From Chloroflexota bacterium (GTDB lineage Bacteria > Chloroflexota > UBA11872 > UBA12225 > JAJDUF01), in contig JAJDUF010000011.1 in NCBI GenBank assembly GCA_022826725.1, positions 101,000-164,999 of the forward strand: a DNA stretch of 64,000 nucleotides, read 5' to 3'. Below are positions 32,215 through 42,336 of the stretch, piece by piece (positions within the stretch are counted from its first letter, which is position 1; each line of letters begins with the position of its first letter). The translations under genes and the position numbers were made by a program. The notes under the pieces are model-generated. The model was given only the letters and a program-made list of their open reading frames with translations, did no database searches and was not told the DNA's origin.

Positions 32215-33813
32215 CTAATCCGAGCTATCGCTCTTCTGCTGCACCGCGACCATGACGACAAATCCACGCTTCCCATGAAAACCTTTCCCTCCCGGCCCTT
32301 TCCAGCCATAACTCCCAGTGTTCCCAACCCTACCTTTAAATACCTCTACTACGCTGCTACTATCACCACCTGAAACCTGGACTAGTACATGCCCGATGAC
32401 ATCATCAGGATTCTGCTCGACGTGACATTGATACTCCCGTGGCCCAATCTCTCCCACAATTCTTTCTAAAGCGCTCAGGTTTTGAACAGCACTACTACGG
32501 TCCCTCTGCTCTTGTTCCGCCTGCCGATAACACTCAACGGCTTCATTGAACCGTCCAAGAGCTACGAGCGCATTTCCTTTATTGAAAATCACTCGTTCCT
32601 CGCCTAGGGCAATTGCTTTATCGTAATCTCCAATGGCCTCTCTAAACTTCCCTAAATCCATATAAGTATTTCCGCGATTGAACAATGCCTGTTCGCGGCC
32701 GAAAGCTACAGGTTCACCCAAGCTCACTTCGATTGCTTTGCCATAGTAGAGCAATGCTTCCTCGTAATCGTCCAATGCAGCCAACGCATTTCCGCAGTTA
32801 AAGTAGACCATGACCAGAAATCGACTCCGCAAGAATTCGTTTATATCCAGAACCAGGCTAAGAAAGGGTTGGTCTTTATGGGCCATTGCTTGTCCGTAAT
32901 CTTCTATAGCATCACGATAGAGTTTCGCTTCGGACTTCGCATTCCCACGTAAAAAGTAGGGTTCGCCAATATCTGATGCAAGTTCTATGCAATTATCGTA
33001 AGCAGTAATGGCCTGTGCGTAATCACCCGACTGGAAATGATGGTTCCCCTGGACTAGGTAAAACTGGGGGTCTGTGACCCGTATGGATGACGACACTCCT
33101 TCCGATGCAGAGAATCCATAGATATCGGGGAATAAGGATGACTCGCCGATATCCAGCAATGCAAGTTCTTCAAGGAGTGAATTCTTGTCGTCCTTCGGAA
33201 TTTCTATTTCCGTTATGATCTGGCTATCGGTGGGGATTAAAGGTCGTCCAATAACAAACACTCCACGCTGCCTAAGTATCCTGGGCATCGCATCACCACT
33301 CCACATCGGCTCACAATAGAGCAAGCCGGGAGCGTTAGCCTCGCGGTAAAACACCGCGTCAATCGTTTGGCCACCTTGATCGCTTGGTACCTTGGCAACG
33401 TGAATAGTGTCATTCGTATTTAAGATGAACAGCTTCCCGTTACAATCGCTTGCTTCGCGACTGGCGAACCACAGCGAGACCAGAGGGTCCCACGTGAAGT
33501 CCAGCAAGCCAGTAGCCGCCCCGAAATGTTGCAATTTGGCGAGAAGCTGAAGATCTGAAATGTCGCGTCCGGCCTCGACTCCGAACCCGCGAGTGCGTGC
33601 GGCGTCTACAAGGGTGTTGCGGTGGTAGTCGGCATAGATATTGGCGAATCGAGGATTCTTCAAGACGTCATTCCCCAGGTTCTCAATGAGACGACGGGTG
33701 GCTGCCGAACGTAGGGGCCATGGCGACTTGGCCTGACCTCGGTAGGCGTAGATGCCCGGTCTGGAGGTAGCTTCTCTTATCTTTTGAAGGAATTTATCAA
33801 TGATGGTAGCCAT
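32215..33813 (-). CDS. FRG domain + TPR repeat protein
   Basis: YRGQ, LQHFGAATGLLDFT, RILRQRG; TPRs such as ALFNRGNTY..LG..EAI.DYDKAI. Confidence 0.85.
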   Translation of the reverse strand: MATIIDKFLQKIREATSRPGIYAYRGQAKSPWPLRSAATRRLIENLGNDVLKNPRFANIYADYHRNTLVDAARTRGFGVEAGRDISDLQLLAKLQHFGAATGLLDFTWDPLVSLWFASREASDCNGKLFILNTNDTIHVAKVPSDQGGQTIDAVFYREANAPGLLYCEPMWSGDAMPRILRQRGVFVIGRPLIPTDSQIITEIEIPKDDKNSLLEELALLDIGESSLFPDIYGFSASEGVSSSIRVTDPQFYLVQGNHHFQSGDYAQAITAYDNCIELASDIGEPYFLRGNAKSEAKLYRDAIEDYGQAMAHKDQPFLSLVLDINEFLRSRFLVMVYFNCGNALAALDDYEEALLYYGKAIEVSLGEPVAFGREQALFNRGNTYMDLGKFREAIGDYDKAIALGEERVIFNKGNALVALGRFNEAVECYRQAEQEQRDRSSAVQNLSALERIVGEIGPREYQCHVEQNPDDVIGHVLVQVSGGDSSSVVEVFKGRVGNTGSYGWKGPGGKGFHGKRGFVVMVAVQQKSDSSD

Positions 33814-33850
33814 ATACGTCTACCCCCGCGGGCGAACTGGAGAGGAACTG

Positions 33851-35407
33851 CTACATCCGCATCTCACCCGACACCAGCCTCGGCAGCAGCGTATCACGCA
33901 GCGCGGCGAGGGTGCTATTCTGTCGGCGACAGGCGAGCGTGCGGTTCAGGAGTTCGGAGGTGGCCATCTCGAACGCACGCAGAGTCGGTACTGGCGGAAA
34001 CACTACCTCTAGGGAGAGCACAGCATCTGCACGTGCTCGTTGGTGACTCTTTGATGTGCCTGTGACAAGCGCCTCGATCTGCTGCCGGAAGAGCGGCGAG
34101 CGCGCCAGACAGTAGACATAGCTCCGTGTGAACGGCGGTCGAGGGCGAAGCACCAGAAACTCGGTCGAACACACGGCCCGCTCGTCAGCTTCTACATCCA
34201 CCAGCCATACGCGCTCAATGTTCGGGTTCAACTTGGAGAGGAGGACAACGCCGGGGGGCACACGTGACTTGATACTCTTGATGCTTGCGCCTTGCTCTTG
34301 TTTGGGTGTCTGTCCATCATCGAAGGCGGGGATGCTGAAGTGGTTGAACATGGCGTTTGGCGATGCCAGCGGGTTCTCTTGGTCACGAAGTTGGGTGACG
34401 ATATCACTAAAGGGTCTCACCTCCCACCCCGAAGGTATCTCCCCCAACTCCGATTCTACCAGCCGCTCTGGGAACAGCGCCCACAGCTCCGGCGGCAGGT
34501 ACGGCGGGTGACCGGCCAGCTTGGCGCGAGTGGGGCCGAAGTCCACGAACCAGTCCTGGAAGAGGGCGCGGGCCATGGCCTCCAGCGTCTCGTTCATCCG
34601 GCGGTTCAGCTCGATCTTGTCGTCGAGCGTGCCGAGGACGTAGGCGGCGGTCCGCTGTGCGTTCTTACTCAGGCCGGGGTAAGGAATCTCTGCGAGTTGA
34701 CGCGCAGAAACGTTCGGAAAGGTCGAGCCAGTCGCTTGGACCAACAACTCTGGAAGTTCAACCTCGATTATCCCCCGCACAAATGGCTGGAGTTCGGGCT
34801 CATTCCGGTGACGAATCGCTGCAACACCGCGGCCGATCGCATACTCCTGATCCGCCCAGTTCATGCGGCCAGTGGTTGAGCCTCTAACACAGAAGAGTAG
34901 ATCACCCGGCTGTGCGAACTTGCGGGCGTCAGTAGTGTACTGGACTGGAATCGGATGGTGAGCGCCGAATTCGGTCGGTCCGTTCAGAAGAGCGAATCCA
35001 TGATGCGGTGACACTGTGTCGCCTGATGGGGACTGACCCATGACAATATCGGCAACTTCCCCCAAGGTTGTAGCCTCCCACCCACTCGCCGCTGCCGATT
35101 GCTTGTCCGTGCCTTGCTGCAACACCACGTAGTCGCGCTCTATCACCGCCCGGAAGCGCGCAGAAATCGTGTGCCAGTCAAGCACGTCCACCCGCATGGG
35201 CAACTCCGATTCCTCGAAGGCTTCTTTCAGCCGAGCGAGCCTTCGCCGCTCCAGTGGCCCTTCGCCGACAACGGCCAGGTCCAGGTCGGAGTAGTCCTTC
35301 GCGGTCCAGGTCGCACGGGAACCGAAGGCGCGTATTTCACACACCGGCACGTGCTCTGCCAGGATGCGCCGGACCGTTTCGAGGTGATGCGGGTTGAGGT
35401 CAATCAT
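33851..35407 (-). CDS. hsdS: Type I RM specificity subunit with N-terminal MNT nucleotidyltransferase fusion
   Basis: FGSRATWTAKDYSDLDL (MNT) in frame with two TRDs and LDDKIELNRRMNETLEAMARALF, LRDTLLPRLVSGE. Confidence 0.9.
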   Translation of the reverse strand: MIDLNPHHLETVRRILAEHVPVCEIRAFGSRATWTAKDYSDLDLAVVGEGPLERRRLARLKEAFEESELPMRVDVLDWHTISARFRAVIERDYVVLQQGTDKQSAAASGWEATTLGEVADIVMGQSPSGDTVSPHHGFALLNGPTEFGAHHPIPVQYTTDARKFAQPGDLLFCVRGSTTGRMNWADQEYAIGRGVAAIRHRNEPELQPFVRGIIEVELPELLVQATGSTFPNVSARQLAEIPYPGLSKNAQRTAAYVLGTLDDKIELNRRMNETLEAMARALFQDWFVDFGPTRAKLAGHPPYLPPELWALFPERLVESELGEIPSGWEVRPFSDIVTQLRDQENPLASPNAMFNHFSIPAFDDGQTPKQEQGASIKSIKSRVPPGVVLLSKLNPNIERVWLVDVEADERAVCSTEFLVLRPRPPFTRSYVYCLARSPLFRQQIEALVTGTSKSHQRARADAVLSLEVVFPPVPTLRAFEMATSELLNRTLACRRQNSTLAALRDTLLPRLVSGEMRM

Positions 35408-35822
35408 TGCGCGCTTCCAACGCCGCCAGCAGCAGCCGCGCGTCGTGTACGAACTCCCTGGTGGCGCTATAGACCAGCGCGGCCTTCGCCTCGTCGTAGA
35501 TGTGGGCGGTGACGTTCCTGGCTTCGTGGTGCTGCATCCAGAGGTCCACGTCGGGAATGAGGCGATTCTCGGCCGCGAGGCGAAATAGCTGCCGCCGCGT
35601 AACGCCATCCGCGACATCGGGGCCGACGTAGGTCCTCAGCCAGCGTGCTATCAGCTTCCAGGAAAGCTCGTAGGTGACCTCGAAGTTCTGTATGACGCCG
35701 GAGCGAATACCATTCCGCTCGACCTCAGTCAACTCTCCCATACGCGCGTCATTTTCGCTGACCGCAAGGAGGTCTGCGAGCGCTGTAATCGCGTTTCTCA
35801 GGTGGTCCAACTCCAGTGGCAT
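35400..35822 (-). CDS. HEPN toxin / nucleotidyltransferase substrate-binding protein (HI0074-like)
   Basis: GVIQNFEVTYELSWK; RNVTAHIY (RX4HXY); overlaps the MNT-HsdS start. Confidence 0.88.
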   Translation of the reverse strand: MPLELDHLRNAITALADLLAVSENDARMGELTEVERNGIRSGVIQNFEVTYELSWKLIARWLRTYVGPDVADGVTRRQLFRLAAENRLIPDVDLWMQHHEARNVTAHIYDEAKAALVYSATREFVHDARLLLAALEARND

Positions 35823-35892
35823 GTTCTTCCTCGCTACCCGCGGACGTTCTCCGCAATCACCGGGACCATGGCGAATGCTCCTCTCCCGTCAG

Positions 35893-37467
35893 CTAACGAT
35901 AGCCTAAGCGGGCCAGATTGGTCGCAATCGCCGCGTCCAGCCGCTGCGCCTCGGCTTGCTGCTCGTGCCACTCTGCCGTAAGCCGTTCCATCTTCGCCGC
36001 GAACGGCTCTCCGTCCTCCTCCGGCGCCGCGGCGCCGACATACCGGCCGGGGGTGAGCACGTGGCCGTGCTTGCGGACCTCCTCCAGGTCCGCACTCTTG
36101 CAGAAGCCGGGCACGTCAGCGTAATCGTCCCCACTGCGCCAGGCGTGGTAGGTGTCGGCGATACGGGCGATGTCCTCGTTCGTCAGCTCGCGGTGGGTGC
36201 GGTCTACCATGCGGCCCAGTTGGCGGGCATCAATGAAGAGCACCGCACCGCGCCGGTCGCGGAACTGCCCGTTGCGGCGGTTGCGGGCCAGGAACCAGAG
36301 GCAGGCCGGTATCTGGGTGGAGTAGAAGAGTTGCCCGGGCAGCGCCACCATGCAGTCCACCAAGTCGGCCTCGATCAGGTTCTTGCGGATCTCACCCTCG
36401 CCCGACTGGTTCGAGGACATGGAGCCGTTGGCCAGCACGAAGCCGGCGGTGCCGGTGGGCGCCAGGTGGTGGATCATATGCTGCACCCAGGCAAAGTTGG
36501 CGTTGCCTACCGGCGGGATGCCGTACCGCCAGCGCTGGTCCTCGCGCAGCCGCTCGCCGTCCCAGTCGGAGTCGTTGAAGTGCGGATTGGCCAGGATGTA
36601 GTCGGCCTTCAGGTCGGGGTGCCGGTCGTCATGGAAGCTGTCGCTGTGGGCGATCTGGCCCTCAATGCCTCGGATGGCCAGATTCATTTGCGCGAGCCGC
36701 CAGGTGGTGTAGTTGGACTCCTGGCCATAGATGGAGATGTCTGCCCGTGCCCGGCCGCCGTTCCCGTTGCCGCTGGCATGGGCGCAAATGAAATCCACCG
36801 ACTGCACGAACATGCCCGCAGAACCGCAGCAGGGATCGTAGACCCGGCCGCGGTACGGCTCCAGCATTTTGACCAGCAGTTGCACGACGCTGTGGGGGGT
36901 ATAGAACTCGCCGCCCTTCTTACCCTCGGCGCTGGCGAACTGGGACAGAAAGTACTCGTACACGCGACCGAGCACGTCGTTGGCGCGAGCGGCTGCATCG
37001 CCGACTCGAATGTTGCTGATGACATCAATCAACTGCCCGAGCCGCAGTTTGTCGAGGTTTGGACGAGCGTAATCCTTCGGGAGCACATCCTTGAGCGCGG
37101 AGTTGTCGCGCTCGATACCGGCCATGGCGTCGTCCACCAACTGGCCGATAGTAGGCTGCCGGGCCTGCGCTTTGAGATGTGACCAGCGTGCTTCCGGCGG
37201 TACCCAGAAGATGCCTTGGGCGCGATACTCGTCCGGGTCCTCGGGGTCGGCGCCTTGGTCCCGCTCGGCTTCCAGCTGAGTGTGGGCCTCCTCGAAGGCA
37301 TCAGAGATGTACTTGAGGAAGAGCAGGCCCAAGACGACGTGCTTGTATTCGGCGGCGTCCATGCTGCCGCGCAGGGCGTCGGCCATCCGCCACAATTCGG
37401 CCTCGTAGCCAGTGGTGGCGCTGTTACCGGACTTGGTCTCCGGCTGACGCCGCCGCACCGCGGTCAT
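35893..37467 (-). CDS. hsdM: Type I RM methyltransferase subunit
   Basis: [39 protein letters not shown]. Confidence 0.95.
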   Translation of the reverse strand: MTAVRRRQPETKSGNSATTGYEAELWRMADALRGSMDAAEYKHVVLGLLFLKYISDAFEEAHTQLEAERDQGADPEDPDEYRAQGIFWVPPEARWSHLKAQARQPTIGQLVDDAMAGIERDNSALKDVLPKDYARPNLDKLRLGQLIDVISNIRVGDAAARANDVLGRVYEYFLSQFASAEGKKGGEFYTPHSVVQLLVKMLEPYRGRVYDPCCGSAGMFVQSVDFICAHASGNGNGGRARADISIYGQESNYTTWRLAQMNLAIRGIEGQIAHSDSFHDDRHPDLKADYILANPHFNDSDWDGERLREDQRWRYGIPPVGNANFAWVQHMIHHLAPTGTAGFVLANGSMSSNQSGEGEIRKNLIEADLVDCMVALPGQLFYSTQIPACLWFLARNRRNGQFRDRRGAVLFIDARQLGRMVDRTHRELTNEDIARIADTYHAWRSGDDYADVPGFCKSADLEEVRKHGHVLTPGRYVGAAAPEEDGEPFAAKMERLTAEWHEQQAEAQRLDAAIATNLARLGYR

Positions 37468-37652
37468 GGTGCTCCCCTCCCACGCTTGGTCACAGCCATT
37501 TCTGGCTGCCTCCGCACAGCCCTGCCCCATATGGTCACGGGCGCTACCCAAGCATATGCGCCGAGAAACCTTCGGTCAATGCCAATCAGGCGAAGGCCAC
37601 AATCGCTACACATGAGCAGTTCTTCGGGCAACGCCCCAACCTTGGTGAGCCA

Positions 37653-37777
37653 GTCGCAGGCGGCCACCGTGCGTGGGACGCCCCCTCCTGGGCCAACCTC
37701 CTCACCGACACCATCCGCTACGCGGGCGATACAGTTGTCGTGTGGTGGTTGAGCAACCGCGCGGCCGCCCGTCCGTT
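37653..37777 (+). pseudogene. Decayed copy of the 3' end of the chromosomal gene at 43714-45246
   Basis: ACCTCCTCACCGACACCATCCGCTACGCGGGCGATAC matches the minus strand near 43766-43802 at 35/37; LLTDTIRYAGDT..WWLSNR vs LLADTIRYAGDT..RWLTNR. Confidence 0.8.
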
Positions 37778-37972
37778 ACCGTATTTAGGATAGTAATAAC
37801 TACCTGTTGGCTACTCTAATCCCAACTCTAGGGGCTTGCCGGCTGGAGTTGAATTGCGGGTGTGAGTTTAGTGGCGCTAGCCGCCATGTCGTGGGGACCG
37901 ATTGGCGCAAGTTCTGGACTCCTCCCCACGACATTGAGCAGCCACGGGGAATACTGAAGGTGGACTATCGAA

Positions 37973-39715
37973 TTGATTGCTACGTCCGATTTACCGTACA
38001 TTGACGCTGACGACTTCGGGCGACGTTTCGCCTTGCGAGCCCGGAATCTGATGTGGCTCCTTGGTGCAGGAGCGTCTGCTGCCGCCGGTGTGCCTACTGC
38101 CATGGACATGGTGTGGGATTTCAAGCAGCAGCTATTCGCCAGTCAGAGGCGAGTGTCACTCCAGACGATCTCGGACCTATCCAGTCCCGTCGTTCGCGAT
38201 CGGCTACAAGCGCATATTGACTCATTAGGTCAATTGCCCTCAGTTGGCTCTGCTGCCGAATATGCAGCGCTTTTTGAGGCAGCGTATCCTTCTGAAGTAG
38301 ACAGAAGATCTTACTTGGACGCAAAGGTATCGGGCGCGAAACCGTCCTATGGGCACTTGGCACTCGCAACTCTCATGCATGCAGATCGCACACGACTCGT
38401 ATGGACGACTAACTTTGACGCGCTTATCGCCGACGCTTGCGCTAGAGTCTACGACACGACAGGTGCGTTGACTACCGCTACTCTTGATGCACCCGCCATG
38501 GCCACGCAGGCCATTAGCAGCGAACGGTGGCCGGTGGAAGTGAAATTACATGGAGACTTCCGTTCACGGCGTCTCAAGAATACTCCCGATGAACTACGTC
38601 AACAAGAAGCACAACTGAGACATTTGCTTGTCGAATCGTGCAAACGGTTTGGTCTGATCGTAGTTGGTTATAGTGGGCGTGATGACTCTGTAATGGACGC
38701 CCTTGAAGATGCACTGGTATCGTCCAACACCTTTCCCGACGGCTTGTTCTGGTTACATCGTGGCGATCATCCGCCTTTACCGCGGGTCGCTAATCTGTTG
38801 ACTAAGGCCCAAGCCGCACAGATAGAAGTCGGATTAGTTCCCGTAGAGAACTTCGACGAGACACTTCGTGATCTGGTGCGACTCATCAGCGACTTGGATA
38901 CATCTACACTGAATTCCCTTGCAATGGAGCGCCAACATTGGAGCAGCGCGCCACGGCTAAGTGGCAGGCGTGGGTGGCCAGTTGTCCGGCTGAACGCGCT
39001 TCCATTGGATCATGTGCCAAGTGTGTGCAGACGTGTGGTCTGTGAGATTGGTGGCACATCAGAAGTACGAGAGGCAGTTGTGAAGGCGAGGGCCAATGCA
39101 ATCGCTGTTCGCTCGAGCCGTGGTGTGCTGGCTTTTGGATCGGATCCCGAGATTCGTGCTGCCCTTGAACCCTATAATATTGTAGATTTCGATATCTACA
39201 CCCTTGATCCGAGCCGGCAGCGATACGACTCAACGGAGCGTGGCTTACTGCGGGAGGCTTTGACCCAGGCGATTGTGCGGCAGCACAGTCTGAGCGCGAC
39301 CCGGCGCCGCAGTTTAGATCTGCTAGCACCGGTTGATCCGACAGAACATGCATGGTCGCAGTTAAAGAAGATAGTGGGACCACTTACCGGAATGGTTCCG
39401 GGCCATCGAGAGTTAAAGTGGCGCGAGGGAATAGGCATTCGCCTCGATTGGGCTGATGACCGACTATGGCTGTTGATCGAACCGCGAACCGTGTTTGACG
39501 GCATCAACGCTGACAACAGGTTCGCCGCAGCGGACTTTGCCCGCAAGCGAACGGTCAGACGTTACAATAGGCAACTCAACGACCTTCTCGAATTCTGGTC
39601 CATTCGACTGGCCTCCGGCGAAAGTGACATTCGTGCTCTGGCGATTGGTGACGGTCTTGATGCTGTCTTCCGCATATCCAATAGAGCGTGTTTCTCGCGG
39701 AGAGTTGGAGCATGA
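37973..39715 (+). CDS. SIR2-APAZ NADase effector of a short Argonaute system (SPARSA-like)
   Basis: LLGAGAS, WTTNFD, KLHGD, GYSGRD; C-terminal RYNRQLNDLLEFW; coupled to pAgo. Confidence 0.88.
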   Translation: MIATSDLPYIDADDFGRRFALRARNLMWLLGAGASAAAGVPTAMDMVWDFKQQLFASQRRVSLQTISDLSSPVVRDRLQAHIDSLGQLPSVGSAAEYAALFEAAYPSEVDRRSYLDAKVSGAKPSYGHLALATLMHADRTRLVWTTNFDALIADACARVYDTTGALTTATLDAPAMATQAISSERWPVEVKLHGDFRSRRLKNTPDELRQQEAQLRHLLVESCKRFGLIVVGYSGRDDSVMDALEDALVSSNTFPDGLFWLHRGDHPPLPRVANLLTKAQAAQIEVGLVPVENFDETLRDLVRLISDLDTSTLNSLAMERQHWSSAPRLSGRRGWPVVRLNALPLDHVPSVCRRVVCEIGGTSEVREAVVKARANAIAVRSSRGVLAFGSDPEIRAALEPYNIVDFDIYTLDPSRQRYDSTERGLLREALTQAIVRQHSLSATRRRSLDLLAPVDPTEHAWSQLKKIVGPLTGMVPGHRELKWREGIGIRLDWADDRLWLLIEPRTVFDGINADNRFAAADFARKRTVRRYNRQLNDLLEFWSIRLASGESDIRALAIGDGLDAVFRISNRACFSRRVGA

Positions 39716-41145
39716 GCAGCGAGATTGCCCCGCATATCTGGCTACCTGAGCCAAAGTTGGCATTCCATCATGACCGCTTGTCAGATCACGCGATCCATCC
39801 GCTACGAGGACTTCTGAAGTTTGGCCCTTACTCGGCCGGCTTGGTGCCAGACCCAATCAGAATAGCCACGATTGTCCCCTTCGGAGATGGTGAATGTCTT
39901 TACAGGTTTATGAGAAAAATAAACTCGCAATTCTCTCCAAAGGAACGCAAGGACTATCTGCCTGAATGGCCTGGATTCCAACGTGTCTTTGGCCTTCATA
40001 TGAGGGCAGCACAACATAAGTGCCACATCGAACTACACCAAGAACTTGAAGGAGAATTCACTAGATCACCGAGACCTCACATCGTACTAGCTGAACGTCT
40101 AGTAAGAGCTATTCAACTGCTGCAGGCGCACCGGTCCGAATTCGATGTCATTTTCATCTACATACCTCAACGCTGGAGTACTGGATACGTTGGTAGCTCT
40201 GACGAAGATTTCGATCTCCACGACCACTTGAAGGCTACGACAGCTGCCCTCGGACTGCCAATCCAGCTAGTTCGAGAAGACAGCGCCCTTACTTACCACT
40301 GCCAGGCCAGCGTCATGTGGCGCATCTGTCTGGCGTTATACGCTAAGGCAGGTGGTATTCCCTGGAAGTTGGCTGATACTGAAGCGGAAACGGCATACAT
40401 CGGCATCTCTTACGCCATGCGTTCAACAGAACTAGGTATGCCGCAATTTATCACATGCTGTAGTCAAGTGTTCGATGCTGGTGGTTCCGGCCTAGAGTTC
40501 GTTGCCTACGATGCCCACGAGTTCAATGTCTACCGTGACAACCCATTCCTCTCACGGAATGAAATGTTCCGTGTAATGACTCGGTCAATAGATCTCTATC
40601 GCCGACGCCACGCTGGCAAGTCGCCCCGCCGTGTAGTGGTACATAAGACTACCGAGTTTAAGCGGGACGAGGTTGACGGCTGCATGGAGGCACTGCATCT
40701 GTGCGAGTCGGTTGACTTGATACAGGTCGTCGAAAACGTGGGATGGCGTGGTGTGCGTATCGACCGCAATCATCATGGAGCCAAGAGAGGTAAGCAAGGA
40801 AGCGCCGCCGCCTTCCCGGTCTCGCGGGGAACAGCGATAGGCCTTTCACCGCGAGAGGCACTAGTATGGACCCACGGGGACGTGAAGGGCGTAAGCACAC
40901 GGGGTTCTTTCTTCAAAGGTGCTCGGAGCACACCCAGCCCGCTTCGGTTGGTGCGCCACGCCGGCCACGGCCCATGGGACGAGACTGTCCGCTCTATCCT
41001 GGGGCTCACGAAGATGAACTGGAACAACGACTCACTATACGACACGTTGCCCGTCACCATGGCCTATGCAAAGGTGCTAGCCCGTGTAATCAAGCGCATG
41101 CCGACCCTGAGACGCACGCCCTATCAGTTCCGGTTCTTCATGTAG
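39712..41145 (+). CDS. Short prokaryotic Argonaute (MID-PIWI)
   Basis: LPEPKL.F, HPLRGLLKFGPY, DLHDHLKA, ALYAKAGGIPW, VVVHK, LTKMNWN, C-terminal YQFRFFM; ATGA overlap. Confidence 0.9.
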   Translation: MSSEIAPHIWLPEPKLAFHHDRLSDHAIHPLRGLLKFGPYSAGLVPDPIRIATIVPFGDGECLYRFMRKINSQFSPKERKDYLPEWPGFQRVFGLHMRAAQHKCHIELHQELEGEFTRSPRPHIVLAERLVRAIQLLQAHRSEFDVIFIYIPQRWSTGYVGSSDEDFDLHDHLKATTAALGLPIQLVREDSALTYHCQASVMWRICLALYAKAGGIPWKLADTEAETAYIGISYAMRSTELGMPQFITCCSQVFDAGGSGLEFVAYDAHEFNVYRDNPFLSRNEMFRVMTRSIDLYRRRHAGKSPRRVVVHKTTEFKRDEVDGCMEALHLCESVDLIQVVENVGWRGVRIDRNHHGAKRGKQGSAAAFPVSRGTAIGLSPREALVWTHGDVKGVSTRGSFFKGARSTPSPLRLVRHAGHGPWDETVRSILGLTKMNWNNDSLYDTLPVTMAYAKVLARVIKRMPTLRRTPYQFRFFM

Positions 41146-41524
41146 GGTGGCATGTTGTCGGGAAATCTGCCAGGAGCCCATCCTCTCAAGATACGGTAAG
41201 CGACTCGCAGCAACCGCAGTCCATGGCCGTGTGCATTGTCACTAAGAACGGCAGCAGCCTGCGTTTTGAGGACAGCCAGTTCGAGAGTGAGTAGCCTGGC
41301 CTGCCCAAGCGGTTCGAGAATGCGTGTGCCCTCTACGCCGCCGACCATGGATTCATTACCTTAACCCCGCAGCCGGCAAAGTCATCCGCATTCTGGATCG
41401 CAGTCCGCGTACATCGGGAGGGGCAATCGCTGTGATCTGGCAGTGGGCCTGACTGTATCGAAGGATTGCGATATTAGGGCATAGCCGGGCCGCGTTACAA
41501 CACCAGAATGAACCTCAAGGTGAA

Positions 41525-41551
41525 GGTTCTGGATTTTGTCCAGTTAGGTGG
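41525..41551. repeat. Right attachment site (inverted arm + GGTGG core overlapping the tRNA 3' end)
   Basis: Inverted match to 304-323; directly abuts tRNA-Ala. Confidence 0.85.
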
Positions 41552-41621
41552 ACCTGGCCGGACTCGAACCGGCGACCCCCGCGATGCGAACGCGATGCTC
41601 TCCCAACTGAGCTACAGGCCC
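41549..41621 (-). tRNA. tRNA-Ala(CGC)
   Basis: GGGCCTG/CAGGTCC acceptor stem with G3:U70, D arm GCTC/GAGC, anticodon loop TT-CGC-AT, T loop TTCGAGT; followed by CCT rather than CCA. Confidence 0.96.
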
Positions 41622-41769
41622 GGAGCCGCGGTGTGGTGGCTCGCTAGAGTGCAAGAGTTAGTATACGGCACCCTAGCGGTCTGCAACAAGGATGCCGTGC
41701 AATCCACTGCTCCAACTGGATTCCGCTATGACATTTACTTCTATTCCCGACGCCGCGCCTGAGACCCGA

Positions 41770-42333
41770 TCATCGTGTTGCTACACCGACCGACGCAGAA
41801 CCAACCTCCGACTGCACGTACTCGTCAAAGCAAGACTCGAGCGAATCGACAAACAGTCGAGCTTGCCTATAATGAGAGTAAATCTCCTCGCTCGTCTTTT
41901 CCAATGAAAACGTGCCAAAATCCTGATGCACTAGTCTGTTTCTGTCGTTGCCGAGTTCAAGAAATGCCCGTATAGCTTGCCTGTACTCTTCTTCTTCCCT
42001 AACGCGCCTATCCATGTGTGACTTGAAACCCCGTCCGAAAAGACCAAAGAAGGAATTGGCATTATTCCCACTCCATCCGAAGTATGAGTGAAACTGCCTT
42101 TCGACAGCTTTGTTTCGAACAAATTCTGTAACCAGATCACTGCCAGAGTTCTTTTCCACGATCCTCATAACGCAGCTCCTGATTTCCTGTTCAAAGTGGC
42201 TGAATGCCGCAAGCAATAGATTCTTCCGGAAGGCATCTCCTGCAATTGAACGAAGAGATACCTCTGTCTCATCAAGGCTGTCCATGATATCCTTAAAGTC
42301 ACGGTATAATCCATCGACTATGGTCAGTTCCAT
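41770..42333 (-). CDS. HEPN-domain protein (putative RNase effector)
   Basis: LLLAAFSHFE and RNRLVH (RX4H); 3 nt downstream of DUF262 gene. Confidence 0.8.
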   Translation of the reverse strand: MELTIVDGLYRDFKDIMDSLDETEVSLRSIAGDAFRKNLLLAAFSHFEQEIRSCVMRIVEKNSGSDLVTEFVRNKAVERQFHSYFGWSGNNANSFFGLFGRGFKSHMDRRVREEEEYRQAIRAFLELGNDRNRLVHQDFGTFSLEKTSEEIYSHYRQARLFVDSLESCFDEYVQSEVGSASVGVATR

Positions 42334-42336
42334 TTC

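Noticed and set aside
35408-35617. Extra 70 aa at the N-terminus of MNT-HsdS
   Set aside because: Overlaps the HEPN gene in another frame; ATG 35407 coupled to the HEPN stop is the better start
41508-41762. 84-aa ORF MNLKVKVLDFVQLGGPGRTRT resembling the recombinase C-terminus
   Set aside because: The similarity comes from the inverted att arm; the rest is the antisense of tRNA-Ala
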